Shown: in pieces, positions 23,501 through 34,155 of the stretch
Layout of the letters: every line of letters begins with the position of its first letter
Numbering within the stretch: position 1 is the first letter of the stretch
Assembly: GCA_025594325.1 (NCBI GenBank)
Contig: JANHCV010000002.1
Location: 372,001 to 436,000 of the forward strand
DNA: 64,000 nucleotides
Source: Blastocladiella emersonii ATCC 22665
Lineage: Eukaryota > Fungi > Blastocladiomycota
Direction: 5' to 3'
Position numbers and translations under genes: made by a program
Notes under the pieces: generated by a model
Databases searched by the model: none
Seen by the model: the letters and a program-made list of their open reading frames with translations, nothing else
What the model was told of the DNA's origin: nothing

Positions 23501-23880
23501 GCACCCTTGCCGAGGCATATGTCCCAGCACTGGAACCGGCCCGACGGGTCCGTCTGCACGACGCGGTGGTCGTCGTAGTCGTCGTCGTCGCTCTCGCCGG
23601 AGCTCTCGCCGCGGTCCGTGCCGGCCACACTCAGCGCGGGCTCAACAACGGCGGCAGCATGGTGGCCGTTCCCGTACGATCCTGGTGGCGGATCGCCCGA
23701 CGACCGGCGTGCAGCGGCAGCAGCGGCGGCCGTGGTGCCGCCGAGCATGGTGGAGGATCCCGTCGACGACGACGAGGACCGCGAGCGCGAGCGCGACGTG
23801 GCGGAGGTGACCGAGCCCGAGGATCCGCTGCGGGTAGCGGCGACGGGCGGCGAGGGCACGGAGAGCTGCTCGGACGCCAT
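20552..23880 (-). CDS. WNK: WNK (with-no-lysine) Ser/Thr kinase (2 exons)
   Basis: After splicing intron 23422-23504: DPSGRF...LGKGAFKEVYKAFD..GVEVAWNQL (Lys in subdomain I, none at the usual subdomain II site), HRDLKCDNIFING, KIGDLGLAT, GTPEFMAPELY. A downstream PF2-like segment (VKFPFHLVYDTVAEIVGEM) is also present. Confidence 0.93.
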
Positions 23881-24653
23881 GGCGCGATGGAGAAGCGGAC
23901 GCGGAGCGGCGGCGCCACGATAAGGGGGCGATGCACACGGAGTACAGCAGCAGCGGGACCGCGAGCGCGAGCGCGAGCAGCGGCGGCGGGGCAACGGATG
24001 GAGCCCGCGTCGGCGTCGGTGGAGGGCAGTGTGGCCCAGCAGCAGCGGCGGCAGCGAGGGGGCCGAGCGATAGAGTTTCCGCTCGTGCCGTCGCGACACG
24101 GCAAGTGGCGGTCGACGGCGGTCAGCGGCGCGGTGATGCGGGTGCGACGCGCGCGGCAGCAACGGGAGGAGCCCAGAGTGACGGCGGGGGCAGCAGTGCG
24201 GCGAGTAGCGCGCCGCGGGATCGTTGATGCGTAGCAGGAGAGCGCGGGGATGGTGATACGGGTGGGGAGCACAAGGGACGGGACGAGAGGAGCGGAAGCG
24301 GCGGGCCGGCGTCGCGGGTCGGGGCGGGCGGCAAGGTGGCGGAGCAGCAGCGACCCCCGGATGGACTGCCCGGGCCGCGTTGCCTGCCTGCTCCGTCGCC
24401 TGTTCGTCGCTGCCGACTACCTGCGCGACCACGCTGCCGCCGCTGACAAGGGACACGCGCGCGCGGCGGCCGTGGCGCCGGCGCCGGCGGCAGCAGCGAC
24501 CGCCAGGAGAGGCGCGCGCGTCACGTGCTTATATTAATATCTACGCGCCTCGCGGCTCGCTCGCGCGGCTGGGCGCGTCGCGTGTCCTCCGCGCGCGCCG
24601 CCGTGGCTCATTCGAAGTCGAGTGGATTGGGTGTATATCTATCGCGTTCTCCG

Positions 24654-26672
24654 TCATACTGTGTCACCACCACCGCCTTGCTTCGCCTCACCGCCGCCGA
24701 GCACCGGCACGGGCATCGACCACGGTGCCGCCGGCGCCGTCCCGACGGCCGGCGACGCGAGCATCCCCGTCCCCGCGGGCCCCGCCGCGCGGCGCAGGCT
24801 CGCCATCTGCGCCGTCAGGTCCGCCAGCGCCTTGTCCTGCAGCACCCGCGCCTTGGCCGCGAGCGCCGAGGCGAGCTTCGCGTGCCGCTCGCGCAGCGCC
24901 TGCGCGTGCGGGTCGACGTCGAACCGCGTCGTCGCGGCGCGCGGGCCGGAACCGCTGCTGCTGCTGCCCGTCAATGAGTCGGCGGGGTCGGCGGGCGCGA
25001 GCTGGTGCAGCGACGTGGGCGGAGAGCTTGCTGTTGTCGGCTTGGCCACGGTGGCCACGGTGGTCGCGGGCTCGGGGCCATCGGCCTCGGTCGGCGACTC
25101 GGTCAGGCTCGACGGACCCGTCTCCCCGCCGCCGCCCGAGGACGGCGAGTCGGCCGACGCAAAGGTGGGCCCGCTACCGCTACCGCTACCGCTCGCCTTG
25201 CCCGTCGCCGCCTCTTCCTTGACGGCATCGACCGCGACGCCGCTGTTGGACCGGTTGAACGGCCACGCGGCCGAGATGGCGCCCGGGATCGCGGCGAGGT
25301 TAGCCGCGGGTGCCTGGAGCATCTGGAGCGGCGCATTCACTAAATTCGTGCCCGCGCGCGACAGCTGGGACGCGATCTGCTGGTTGACAGCGGCGAGATG
25401 ATGCAGCCCGGACGCGCGGTACAGCTCGATCTCGGTGTGCACGGCCTCGGCGCGTCTTTGCGTGTCGATCGCGTCGGCGAGCGCGTACGACGAGAAGGTG
25501 CGCAGGCTGCCCGCGAACCGGTCCACGGCGCGCGCGTACGCCACCGAGTCGAGCGCCTGCGCCTGCAGCCCGCGGCCGTACTCGGCGAGCGCATCGGCCA
25601 CGGCCCCGTCCACGACGCCCGGGCCCTGGTCCCGTGCCGCCTCCGACTCCTCGATGAACGCGTCCGCCAGCGCCGCCTCGGCCTCGATCAGCGCGTACAC
25701 GGCCTCGCGGTACTGCCCGATCGCGTCCTCGGTCCGCGCGTACAGGCCCTGGATCGCCGACAGCGTCTTGCGTGCTGATGCGGTCGCCGCGTCGTCCGAG
25801 ATCGCCATGGCCGCGAGCGCCGTCGCCGTGTTCCGCGGGTGCAGCACCACGGCCTCGGTCGTCGCGACGAACGGCGCGGCCACGCGGTCCATGAAGGTGC
25901 GCATCCCGCGCGACAGCGTCGCCATGGGCGCCGACTCGCCCCGGTTCAGTGTCTGCGAGATCAGCGTCGACGTGTTGGCGGCCAGGTCGCCGCCGCCGGC
26001 GACGGGGAGGGTGGTCAGCGTGTCGGTGCGGACGGGCGCGATGCGCAGCGGGGCCGGTGCGGCGGCGGCAGCGGCAGCGGGTGGTGGGGTCGCGTTGCTC
26101 GGCTCCTCCTCGACGTCGCGCTGGATGAGCGTCGCGCGGTGCAGCGGGAGCGGCTTGGTCGTGTAGTTTTTGACGGGCGCGGGAGGGGCGCTGAGGTCGC
26201 CCGTGCTCGTCGCCCTCGCGGGCTCATCGGGCAGCAGCGGCGGCGCGGGTGTCTCGGGAACTGGCTCAGCCACCGGCGCAGGGCGAGCGACGGTCGACGA
26301 CCGCCACGAGAACCGGGGCATCGCGGCCGCGATCTCGGCCGCCATCGGGTCCGCGACCGCTGCCGCCGGTTCCCGCCGTGCAATCGAGTCGCGCGAGCTG
26401 GCCGTGTTCCCCGATCCGTGCGCCTCGGGTAGTGGTGCAGGAGTAACAGCCGCGGCCGCCGCGGTCGCGTCGGGACTCGCGCCGCGCGGCTCCCGCTTGG
26501 TGCGCAGCTTGCGCTCAAAGGCATCGAGCTGCGACTCGTGCACGCGGTCGGCGGCACGCGACGAGCTCCGTGCGCGCGTCACGGTGGCGAACGGCGCTGC
26601 GGCAGCGCCATCGGCGGTTCCCTCGCGGCTCCGCGCGAGTGCGGATGCGGCGGGTGGGGCGGTAGAAGTCAT
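24654..26672 (-). CDS. Protein with a disordered N-terminus and a probable BAR / Arfaptin-homology domain (672 aa)
   Basis: Long ORF with strong GC3 bias. The helical segment YALIEAEAALADAFIEES...AVDRFAGSLRTFSSYALADAIDTQRRAEAVHTEIELYR follows the pattern recalled for AH/BAR domains; the domain call is by eye. Confidence 0.55.
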   Translation of the reverse strand: MTSTAPPAASALARSREGTADGAAAAPFATVTRARSSSRAADRVHESQLDAFERKLRTKREPRGASPDATAAAAAVTPAPLPEAHGSGNTASSRDSIARREPAAAVADPMAAEIAAAMPRFSWRSSTVARPAPVAEPVPETPAPPLLPDEPARATSTGDLSAPPAPVKNYTTKPLPLHRATLIQRDVEEEPSNATPPPAAAAAAAPAPLRIAPVRTDTLTTLPVAGGGDLAANTSTLISQTLNRGESAPMATLSRGMRTFMDRVAAPFVATTEAVVLHPRNTATALAAMAISDDAATASARKTLSAIQGLYARTEDAIGQYREAVYALIEAEAALADAFIEESEAARDQGPGVVDGAVADALAEYGRGLQAQALDSVAYARAVDRFAGSLRTFSSYALADAIDTQRRAEAVHTEIELYRASGLHHLAAVNQQIASQLSRAGTNLVNAPLQMLQAPAANLAAIPGAISAAWPFNRSNSGVAVDAVKEEAATGKASGSGSGSGPTFASADSPSSGGGGETGPSSLTESPTEADGPEPATTVATVAKPTTASSPPTSLHQLAPADPADSLTGSSSSGSGPRAATTRFDVDPHAQALRERHAKLASALAAKARVLQDKALADLTAQMASLRRAAGPAGTGMLASPAVGTAPAAPWSMPVPVLGGGEAKQGGGGDTV

Positions 26673-27364
26673 GGGTGTGTTACGATCGAGGTGGTTTCAT
26701 TGGTTGACAGGAGGAGGAGATGGTGGCGTTCGTTCTCGAACGAGTGCTGCGCCGATGCACGGACGAGGGCAGGTTCGAGACAAGAGACGAGACGAGACGC
26801 GTCGGCCACGTGGCAACAGGTGTGGCGGCGCAGTCAGGTTTTGGTCACGCCGCGATTTCGCGCGCGTGTTCGCTCCCTTTTATCGCGGCGTGTGCGTGCC
26901 GCGTGGGCGCAGACCCGACGCCCGCGCCGCCGCCGCCGCCGCCCAGCCCCGCCCGCCGCGGCCCCTCTCGCCTGCGCTGCCTCTCTCTCCACAAGTCCCT
27001 CTTGCCTGACCTCAGCCTCGACGCCCTCGCCCGACACCCCGCAGCCGCCGCGACGCCCCATGTATGTCATGCACTCGCCATGTATCAGCTATGCGCAGGG
27101 GGACGCAGGGATCACTCCGTGGACCGGCAGTGGTCGCTCGCTTGGATCGCCGACTTGAAGGAGCCGTCTTGCGGACGCGTGTCCCCGAGTCTATCACGCC
27201 CCGGCGCTGATCTGTCTCGCACTCTCCGCGCCGCGTGTCGTCTCGGATTCGGTCGGCCTGACTTCCAGAGCGTCCCCTGTGCTGCCCTCTCTCTGCTCGC
27301 TCGCAACTCGCTCTGACCCCACTCAACCCGCGCGCCCTTAGCCGCCTTAACTTATTACGAAACT

Positions 27365-30205
27365 ATGGCCTTCTCGACCCGCCTGCCCTCCAACTGCGCG
27401 CCCGCCTGGGTCAAGGCGGTGCTGTCGGGCGACTCGCTGACCGTCAAGGACTCGGTCGCCGCCAAGGACGAAAAGATCATCTCGCTCGCCTACCTGACGT
27501 GCCCGCGCCTGTCGTCGGCCCGCAAGGCCACCCCCGACGAGCCGCTCGCCTTCGAGGCCCGCGAGGTGCTGCGCCGCCTGCTCGTCGGCAAGGAGGTCGG
27601 CCTGCGCGTCGAGTACTCGAACGCCGCCGGCAACCGCGACTTCTGCTCCGTCTACGTGCGCTCGCCCAAGACCAGCGAGTGGGTCAACGTCGGCATCGTC
27701 GCCCTCCAGCGCGGCTTCTGTAAACTGCGCGACGAGCGCGACGCCAACAAGCCCAATCTGCCCGCCGAGTACCCGATCCTCGTCGAGGCCCAGCGCCGCG
27801 CCCAGGCCGCCCAGCTCGGCCTCTGGGCCAAGTCGACCCCGAAGCCCGTCGAGACGATCCACGGCGCCGACGACCCCGCCGCCTTCGTCAAGCAGTACAA
27901 GGGCAAGACCCTCAAGGCCATTGTCGAGCACGTGCGCGACGGCGGGTCCGCCCGCATGCGCCTGCTGATCCCCGACAACCCCGCCGTGCACTACCTCATG
28001 TGGATCCAGGTCTCGGGCATCCGCACCCCGATGATGAACCGCCCCGACGGCTCCGTCGACCCGATCGCCGTCGAGGCCCGCGACTACGTCGAGCTGCGCC
28101 TCCTCCACCGCGAGGTCGAGCTCATCATCGAGGACGTGGCCCCCGGCGCCAACGCCTCGGGCGCCATCCTCGCCTCGGTCGTCCACCCCGTCGGCAACAT
28201 CGCCGTCTTCCTCGTCCGCGAGGGCCTCGCCCGCGTCCACGACTGGACCGCCGCCGTCGTCACGGGCGGCACCACCGCCCTCCGCACCGCCGAGGCCGCC
28301 GCCAAGCGCGCCGGCGTCGGCATGTGGGCCGGGAACCCCGAGGCCGCTGCGGCTGCCGCCGCGGGCGGCGACCGCCCCGGCTCCACCACCTCGGCCAACC
28401 AGTACAACGCCACGGTCATCCGCGTCGTCGGCCCCGACGTGCTGCTCGTCAAGCACGCCGCCACGGGCGAGGAGATCAAGCTGTGGCTCACCTCGGTCCG
28501 TCCGCCGCGCCGCGGCGACGGCGCCGCCGCCGCCGCCAACCCCGAGGGCTGGTACGTGGTCGCCAAGGAGCACGTGCGCCGCGCCGCCATCGGCCGCACC
28601 GTCAGCGTCACGGTCGACTACGAGAAGCCCGCCAACGAGGGCTACGAGGCGCGCACGTTCGCGACGGTCGTCGTCAAGGGCGACAACCCCGCTGCGCCCG
28701 GCATCAACCTCGCGCTCGACCTCATCAGCCAGGGGCTCGTCAACGTGCAGCGCCCGCGCCGCGGCGAGGACGACAACAAGGCGGCCAACCTCGACGACCT
28801 CGTGATCGCCGAGGCCAAGGCCATGGACGCCAAGCGCGGCATGCACTCGGGCAAGCCCGCGCCGGCCGTCCCGCGCCTCAACGAGGTCTCGGAGACGGTC
28901 GCCAAGGCCAAGCAGTTCCTCCCCTTCCTCGTCCGCGCCAAGCGCGTCACCGGCACCGTCGACCACGTCGTCAACGGGTCGCGCCTCCGCATCACGGTTC
29001 CGCGCGAGTCGGCCAAGATCACCCTCGTTCTCGCGGGCATCCGCATGCCGCGCCAGGGCGAGCCCGGGTCCGCCGAGGCCCTGCAGCTCACCACCGAGGT
29101 CGCCATGCAGCGCGACGTCGAGTTCGAGGTCGAGAGCGTCGACTCGACCGGCGCCTTCATCGGGTCGGTCCTCGTCCCCGTCGACGGCAAGGCCCGCAAC
29201 CTCGCCACCATCCTCCTCGAGAACGGCCGCGCCAAGGTCCACGAGTACTCGGCCAAGGCGTCGCCGTTCGCCACGCAGCTGTTCGACGCCGAGCGCCGCG
29301 CCAAGACCGACCGCGTCGGCCTGTGGGCCAACTACGACGAGGAGGCGGCCGCCGCCGAGGCCGAGGCCGCGCTCGCCGCGCAGGCCGCGGCCGTCTCGCT
29401 CGAGGGCGAGTCGGACGTCAAGAAGCAGCTCACGCACGTGGTCGTGTCCGAGTACCTCTCGGCCAGCCACTTCTACCTGCAGCGCATGACGGGCGACGCG
29501 GTGCAGGCGCTCGAGACCATGATGGCCAAGTTCGCCGCGTACCACGCGTCGGCGGCCGCGACCGCCGCCGGCGCGCTGTCGGGGGTCAAGCCCGGCGACC
29601 TCGTGTCGGCGCAGTTCACCGCCGACAACGCGTGGTACCGCGCGCGCGTCCGCAAGGTGGCCAAGAACGCCATCACCGTCTTCTACATTGACTACGGCAA
29701 CGCCGAGGTCGTGTCCATGGACCGCATCCGCGCGCTCCCCGCCGCCTTCGCGTCGGCGCTCCCCGCGCAGGCCCAGGAGGCCCGCCTCTCGTACGTCCGC
29801 ACCCGCGCCGCCGACCGCGAGTACGGCCGCGACGCCGTCGACCGCCTCCGCGACCTCACCGAGGGCAAGAAGCTCATCGCCAACATCGACCGCGTCGCCG
29901 GCGGACTCGTCTGGGTCTCGCTCTTCGACCCCGCCGTCGCCCGCCAGGACGCCGAGTCGCCCATCGGCCTCGACTTTGCCTCGTCCGTCACGTACGAGCT
30001 CGTGGCGGACGGTCTCGCCCTCCCCGAGCACGCGATCCCGAAGCCCGCGAACGGCGGGTTCCGCGCTAACAACAACGGCGACGCGCCCGCTGGGCCCAAG
30101 GCTCCCGCTGCGTTCGCGGCGGCGCTCGACGAGGCGGTCGCGGACGCCCGTCGCCACCACGCGGGTATGTTCGAGTACGGCGATGTCGATGAGGAGTCGC
30201 TGTAA
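27365..30205 (+). CDS. SND1: Tudor staphylococcal nuclease (Tudor-SN), 946 aa, intronless
   Basis: Repeated SN domains (VKAVLSGDSL, DEPLAFEAREVLRRLLVGK, IVEHVRDG, VDHVVNGSRL) and a Tudor domain (VSAQFTADNAWYRARV...VFYIDYGNAE), ending FEYGDV. Confidence 0.96.
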   Translation: MAFSTRLPSNCAPAWVKAVLSGDSLTVKDSVAAKDEKIISLAYLTCPRLSSARKATPDEPLAFEAREVLRRLLVGKEVGLRVEYSNAAGNRDFCSVYVRSPKTSEWVNVGIVALQRGFCKLRDERDANKPNLPAEYPILVEAQRRAQAAQLGLWAKSTPKPVETIHGADDPAAFVKQYKGKTLKAIVEHVRDGGSARMRLLIPDNPAVHYLMWIQVSGIRTPMMNRPDGSVDPIAVEARDYVELRLLHREVELIIEDVAPGANASGAILASVVHPVGNIAVFLVREGLARVHDWTAAVVTGGTTALRTAEAAAKRAGVGMWAGNPEAAAAAAAGGDRPGSTTSANQYNATVIRVVGPDVLLVKHAATGEEIKLWLTSVRPPRRGDGAAAAANPEGWYVVAKEHVRRAAIGRTVSVTVDYEKPANEGYEARTFATVVVKGDNPAAPGINLALDLISQGLVNVQRPRRGEDDNKAANLDDLVIAEAKAMDAKRGMHSGKPAPAVPRLNEVSETVAKAKQFLPFLVRAKRVTGTVDHVVNGSRLRITVPRESAKITLVLAGIRMPRQGEPGSAEALQLTTEVAMQRDVEFEVESVDSTGAFIGSVLVPVDGKARNLATILLENGRAKVHEYSAKASPFATQLFDAERRAKTDRVGLWANYDEEAAAAEAEAALAAQAAAVSLEGESDVKKQLTHVVVSEYLSASHFYLQRMTGDAVQALETMMAKFAAYHASAAATAAGALSGVKPGDLVSAQFTADNAWYRARVRKVAKNAITVFYIDYGNAEVVSMDRIRALPAAFASALPAQAQEARLSYVRTRAADREYGRDAVDRLRDLTEGKKLIANIDRVAGGLVWVSLFDPAVARQDAESPIGLDFASSVTYELVADGLALPEHAIPKPANGGFRANNNGDAPAGPKAPAAFAAALDEAVADARRHHAGMFEYGDVDEESL

Positions 30206-30855
30206 GGTTCTCGGTTGCGTTGTTCCGGTTTTGTGATTTCTCCTAGTTGTTTCCACACTCGCATCAATCTACTACATGAATTTTGTGCTCGTCTCTTGAT
30301 CGATCCGCTCGATTCGAGGGGAAGCGAGCGCGGGGCCAGCGTCGCTTGACCATCACTTGACCATGGTCGCTGCTCGAGGCATCGCTTGACCACGGTCGCT
30401 GCACGGCGAGTCGCGTCCTTCGCCGTGTCTGCAGCAAGCTTGGACCATAGCCCACTCGCTTGCAAAGTACAGGAGCCTTTACAAACCACGGATATCAGCA
30501 ACAATATGGCTCTCGTTGCCTCCTACTCAGTCCGCGAAACGGAACACGGCGGCGAGGTGCGTGGCCACCGACCATCGTAACGAGTGCGTGGCCAGCGACC
30601 ACCTCGGACGTTGCGTCGCTGGCCATGGGCTTCACCGTCCCGACCTCGCATCTCGGATGGATGGCCGTCGGCTCGCCGCGAACGGTTGACGTCTTGGTAT
30701 CGGTTTTGAGCCCTGAGCTCGCATGGTGCGAGCGTGTGAAGTAGGCGCTCGACGCGACGCGCCACGCCACGCAATAAGAGTGACGAACGGGACGCCATCG
30801 ATTCAAGTCAAGTCGGGCGAGAACAGATGAATCAAATTGGACGAACAACCACAAG

Positions 30856-32340
30856 CTAGATCTCAAGGTACTCGAGGCCCTCGTCCAGCGAGTCCTCGAC
30901 CAGCGCCTGGTCGAACGCCGCCGAGTCCAACGAGAAGTCGGCCGCGAGCGCGTCCTCGAGCGCGTCCTGCTGCTGCGCAACCGCGGCCGCGGCCTCGTCC
31001 GCGAGCGCGTCGAACGCGCTAGCCATGGAGCTGAGGAACGGATTGCGGCACGCGGCCGCCTCGGCCACGTACACGGACGGCATCAGGACGGGGCACGCGG
31101 CGCCGAAGCGGGCCTGGAACTCGACCTCGGTCGTCACGGACGCCGCGTTGGCCATGCCCTTGGTCGCGGCCACCTAGTCCTTGGGCGTCGTGCGCCCGAA
31201 CCACGACACGCACTGCAGCACGCCCGGGCTCAGCGGCTGCAGGTTCGCCGCGAGAAACGTCTGGTGAGGTCAATGGTGGCGTCCTTGCTGACGCAGCTGC
31301 TGTTGCCGTCGGACTTGTCGGCCGAGAACCGGTGCTGGTTCGAGCCCGAGACCGCGACGTGCGCGGAGAACATGCCGTCCTTGGACGACACCCAGTCGTC
31401 GATGGACTTGACGAACGCCGCGCGGTCGGTGATGCGCATCGCGTTGGTCATGCTTACAGAGACGTGGCGGTCGGGAATCGTTGACGGGCGGGAAATGGCC
31501 TAGGGGACCGCGGTGAAGAAGTCGGCCGTGGTGCGCGCGTAGTCGGTGAGCGACACGGTCGGGGTGGTGGTCGCGTCGAGCAGGACGGGCTTCAGCTCGG
31601 GTAGGAACTTGAAGTCGGTGAGCGACTTGAGCTTCGCGGCAGCGATACCAGCGTTCGCGCGGAACCACTTCATGATCTCGGTCGACTTGCAGGTGTGCGC
31701 GAGGAGCTGGTTCCGCGACACCGGACTGCCAAAGAACCACTCCGAGTTTATAAACCGGAACGTGGCCCAGTCAACGAGCCCGACCGCATCGTTGCTGCTG
31801 CTGAGCCCAGCCTCGGCCAGACTCGGCGCAACGGAACTGTACGAGGACCACGTGAAGACCTCGGCCAGCGCGTCGGCCTCGTTCTGCGCCGTTGCCGCGG
31901 TGCGCGAAGCCTCCATGCCCGTGGCGGCGAGGTCGCCCGGCAGCTGTCCGAGCCACTTGCCCATGTGCCGCGGCACGGCGCCACACCCGTCGCTCTCTGC
32001 CATGGACGGCGAGTCGCCGAGCTCGAGGAAGGCGGCCGGGATCGTGATCGTGGCGGGCGGCTTGGTGTCGAGCGACGTGAGGATCTTGTACGTGATGTTG
32101 GTCTCGGCCGGGGCAAACTCGTAGAAGGGCTTCCACAAGTTGATGTCCTTGCACCCCGGGTTGAACGACCGGGCGGGGATCTCGCCCGCGTCGCTGAGCG
32201 TGCCCGACTGCTTCGAGGGAACCGGATCCGCGTCCCCCGCGAAGCAATCAAGTGCTGACCGGCGTGGCGCAGGGCTGCAACGGGACGCGGCGCGCCACAC
32301 CCAGAGCGATAACGGATCCCCTCAAGTTGGGAAGGCGTGA
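30856..32340 (-). pseudogene. Orphan secreted-protein family, copy D (two TAG stops, one frameshift, 5' end degraded)
   Basis: Colinear with 34156-35577 (FYEFAPAETNITY, HMGKWLGQLPGDLAA, DAVGLVDWA, TTEVEFQARFGAAC, ...DSLDEGLEYLEI*). TAG at 31500-31502 and 31174-31176; frameshift near 31262. Confidence 0.75.
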
Positions 32341-32353
32341 GTACTACCATCAA

Positions 32354-33047
32354 TCAATACATGAAATGTCGGATTTTGTTGCACTCGAAGCCCTTGGGCA
32401 GTAGTAGTGAGTCCCGCCATTCAGTGTCGAACGCAGCAAGGAGCCCGTCATTCGTCACCATGCTTGGATTGAGAGCAAGGTGCCGCAGGGCCGACGTGAG
32501 GCGTAGGATTCGAATTAATAGCTGACTGTTTCCCTCGACATCAATAGTTCTCGAGTCAGCACATTGCAACAGCGACGGCAGCTCACGCAGGTCGAGCGAT
32601 CGAATACGATCCATGGGGAAGGGAATGGTCGGGACTGGACGATAGCGCAGGTTTAGCCTTGGTTGAAAGACCCGGTGGACGGTACCGTCGAAACAGCACG
32701 CACGGTGGCCGGAGACGAAGAGCCATGGACTACCGCTCGGTGCCGGTTCCAGCCGCGGAAAGTCATCGCACCCGTTCAGCACGTTGAGCTCCCAAGTCGC
32801 CAAATTCAAAACAGTGAAAATGCTTCGGCAGAACAGATAGATAAAGGGCGCGGCAGGTCCGCCCGATGCGGAACAGCTGCCGAACGAAGGCACGCGAGTC
32901 AAAGTACTCCCTGCTGCGGCCGCTAGAGTGGTTCGGATGCTCGCGTTCCTCGACTTGGGCAAGTATTGCCGCGATCTGCTCGAGGACCTCAAAAGGGAGG
33001 TCCAGGAGCCTACTGCGGCGAGTTACATGTGAATTCATGGACAACAT
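32354..33047 (-). pseudogene. F-box-like/LRR family copy 3, frameshifted and 3'-truncated
   Basis: MLSMNSHVTRRSRLLDLPFEVLEQIAAIL is nearly identical to copy 1. The frame shifts near 32820 into SPWLFVSGHRACCFDGTVHRV...IRSLDLR...LRHLAL. Homology stops near 32400. Confidence 0.8.
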
Positions 33048-33126
33048 GGCGGTGTAGGATTCATGACGCGCAGAAAGCACGCTGGGCCGTGTTTCGCCGC
33101 GTTGAGCCGTTGCCGCGCGGACACGG

Positions 33127-33147
33127 TCACATGATAACTCGACGCGT
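33127..33147 (-). promoter_or_regulatory. Composite upstream motif of F-box/LRR copy 3
   Basis: TCACATGATA-ACTC-GACGCGT, 80 bp from the ATG at 33047. Confidence 0.65.
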
Positions 33148-33364
33148 GTAAATTGCGCGACTCAAGCCAGGGGTTCTGCTTCAGCGCACACGTCGGTTGA
33201 TGAAGCTTCGGCGAGACACACGCTCCTTGTACTCGCGGGAGGGGAGAGTACCGCGATTGACGAGCTGCTCGACGAAGCGAGTCGCGCAACTCTCGCCAAA
33301 AAACCGGTTTGATTCCGAGACAGCAGGCATACGAGAGAGGACAGGTCAACACGTTGAGCTCAAT

Positions 33365-34050
33365 CTAACTACGAATGTACTCGAGGCCCTCGTCCAACGA
33401 GTCCTCAAACAGCGCTTGGTCGAAGCCCGAGTCGAACGAAACGTGGGCGAGCCCGCCGCCTTCGAGTGCGTCCTGCTGCTGCAAAAACGCGACCGCGGCG
33501 TCGTCAATGAGCGCCTCAAATAAGTTCGACAACGATGACCGCGCCGGCCCATCGCAGGCCGTCGGCTCGACCACAAACACGGGCGGCAGCAGCACGGGGC
33601 ACCCGGATGCGTAGCGTAGCGGGCGCGAAACTCGACCTTGGTCGTGAGTGTGTTCGCGTGGCGGACCGCGCTCATGGCCGCGTTCAAGTCGGACTGCAGC
33701 GCCGAGCGCGACGTCCACGATGCGCGGTACACCTCACCCGAGCTGAAGTAGTCCATGTCGACGCGGAAGAGTGGCTGGTCGTTGACGGTGAAGTTGAGCT
33801 GCACGTCTGTCTGACGCGGGGCAGGTTCCGGCATCGATCCCGCTGCCCGCGACGCGCTGGTGGACGGCGAACGAGGCCGTCTCGCTGTTGATCGAGCTCA
33901 TGACCGAGCTTGCGAGCAGCGGCCGGTTGGTGCGGTCGAGCGAGATGGTCTTGGCCAGGGACGCCGTCACGACGCGGCGGTCCAGCCTGGGCTTGTGCTT
34001 GGCGATGGCGTCGAGAAAGGTGGTCGTGGCGGAGGGCTGAAACTCGACGC
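33365..34050 (-). pseudogene. Orphan secreted-protein family, copy C (3' half only, frameshifted)
   Basis: FLDAIA..., DVQLNFTVNDQPLF, TTKVEFRARYA/GCPVL and FDQALFEDSLDEGLEYIRS* are spread over three frames. No signal peptide or 5' half. Confidence 0.75.
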
Positions 34051-34155
34051 GGCGCGCCACACGATCAGACCAACGAACGAAACACAATCGATTCATTTAA
34101 GCCAAATCGGGCGGGAGCAAAGGAATAACAAAACGCTCGAATGAACATCCACATA

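Noticed and set aside
27347-30256. 969-aa antisense ORF opposite Tudor-SN, and similar long antisense or alternate-frame ORFs over TTC27, WNK, ABC1, BRAP and the metacaspases
   Set aside because: These are shadow ORFs: near-saturated GC3 on the real strand removes stops from other frames, and the translations are Arg/Gly/Ala/Val-rich with no motifs.
30343-30400. Short CTTGACCA(T/C)GGTCGCTGC direct repeats after Tudor-SN
   Set aside because: Only 2-3 imperfect copies under 20 bp; likely local slippage.
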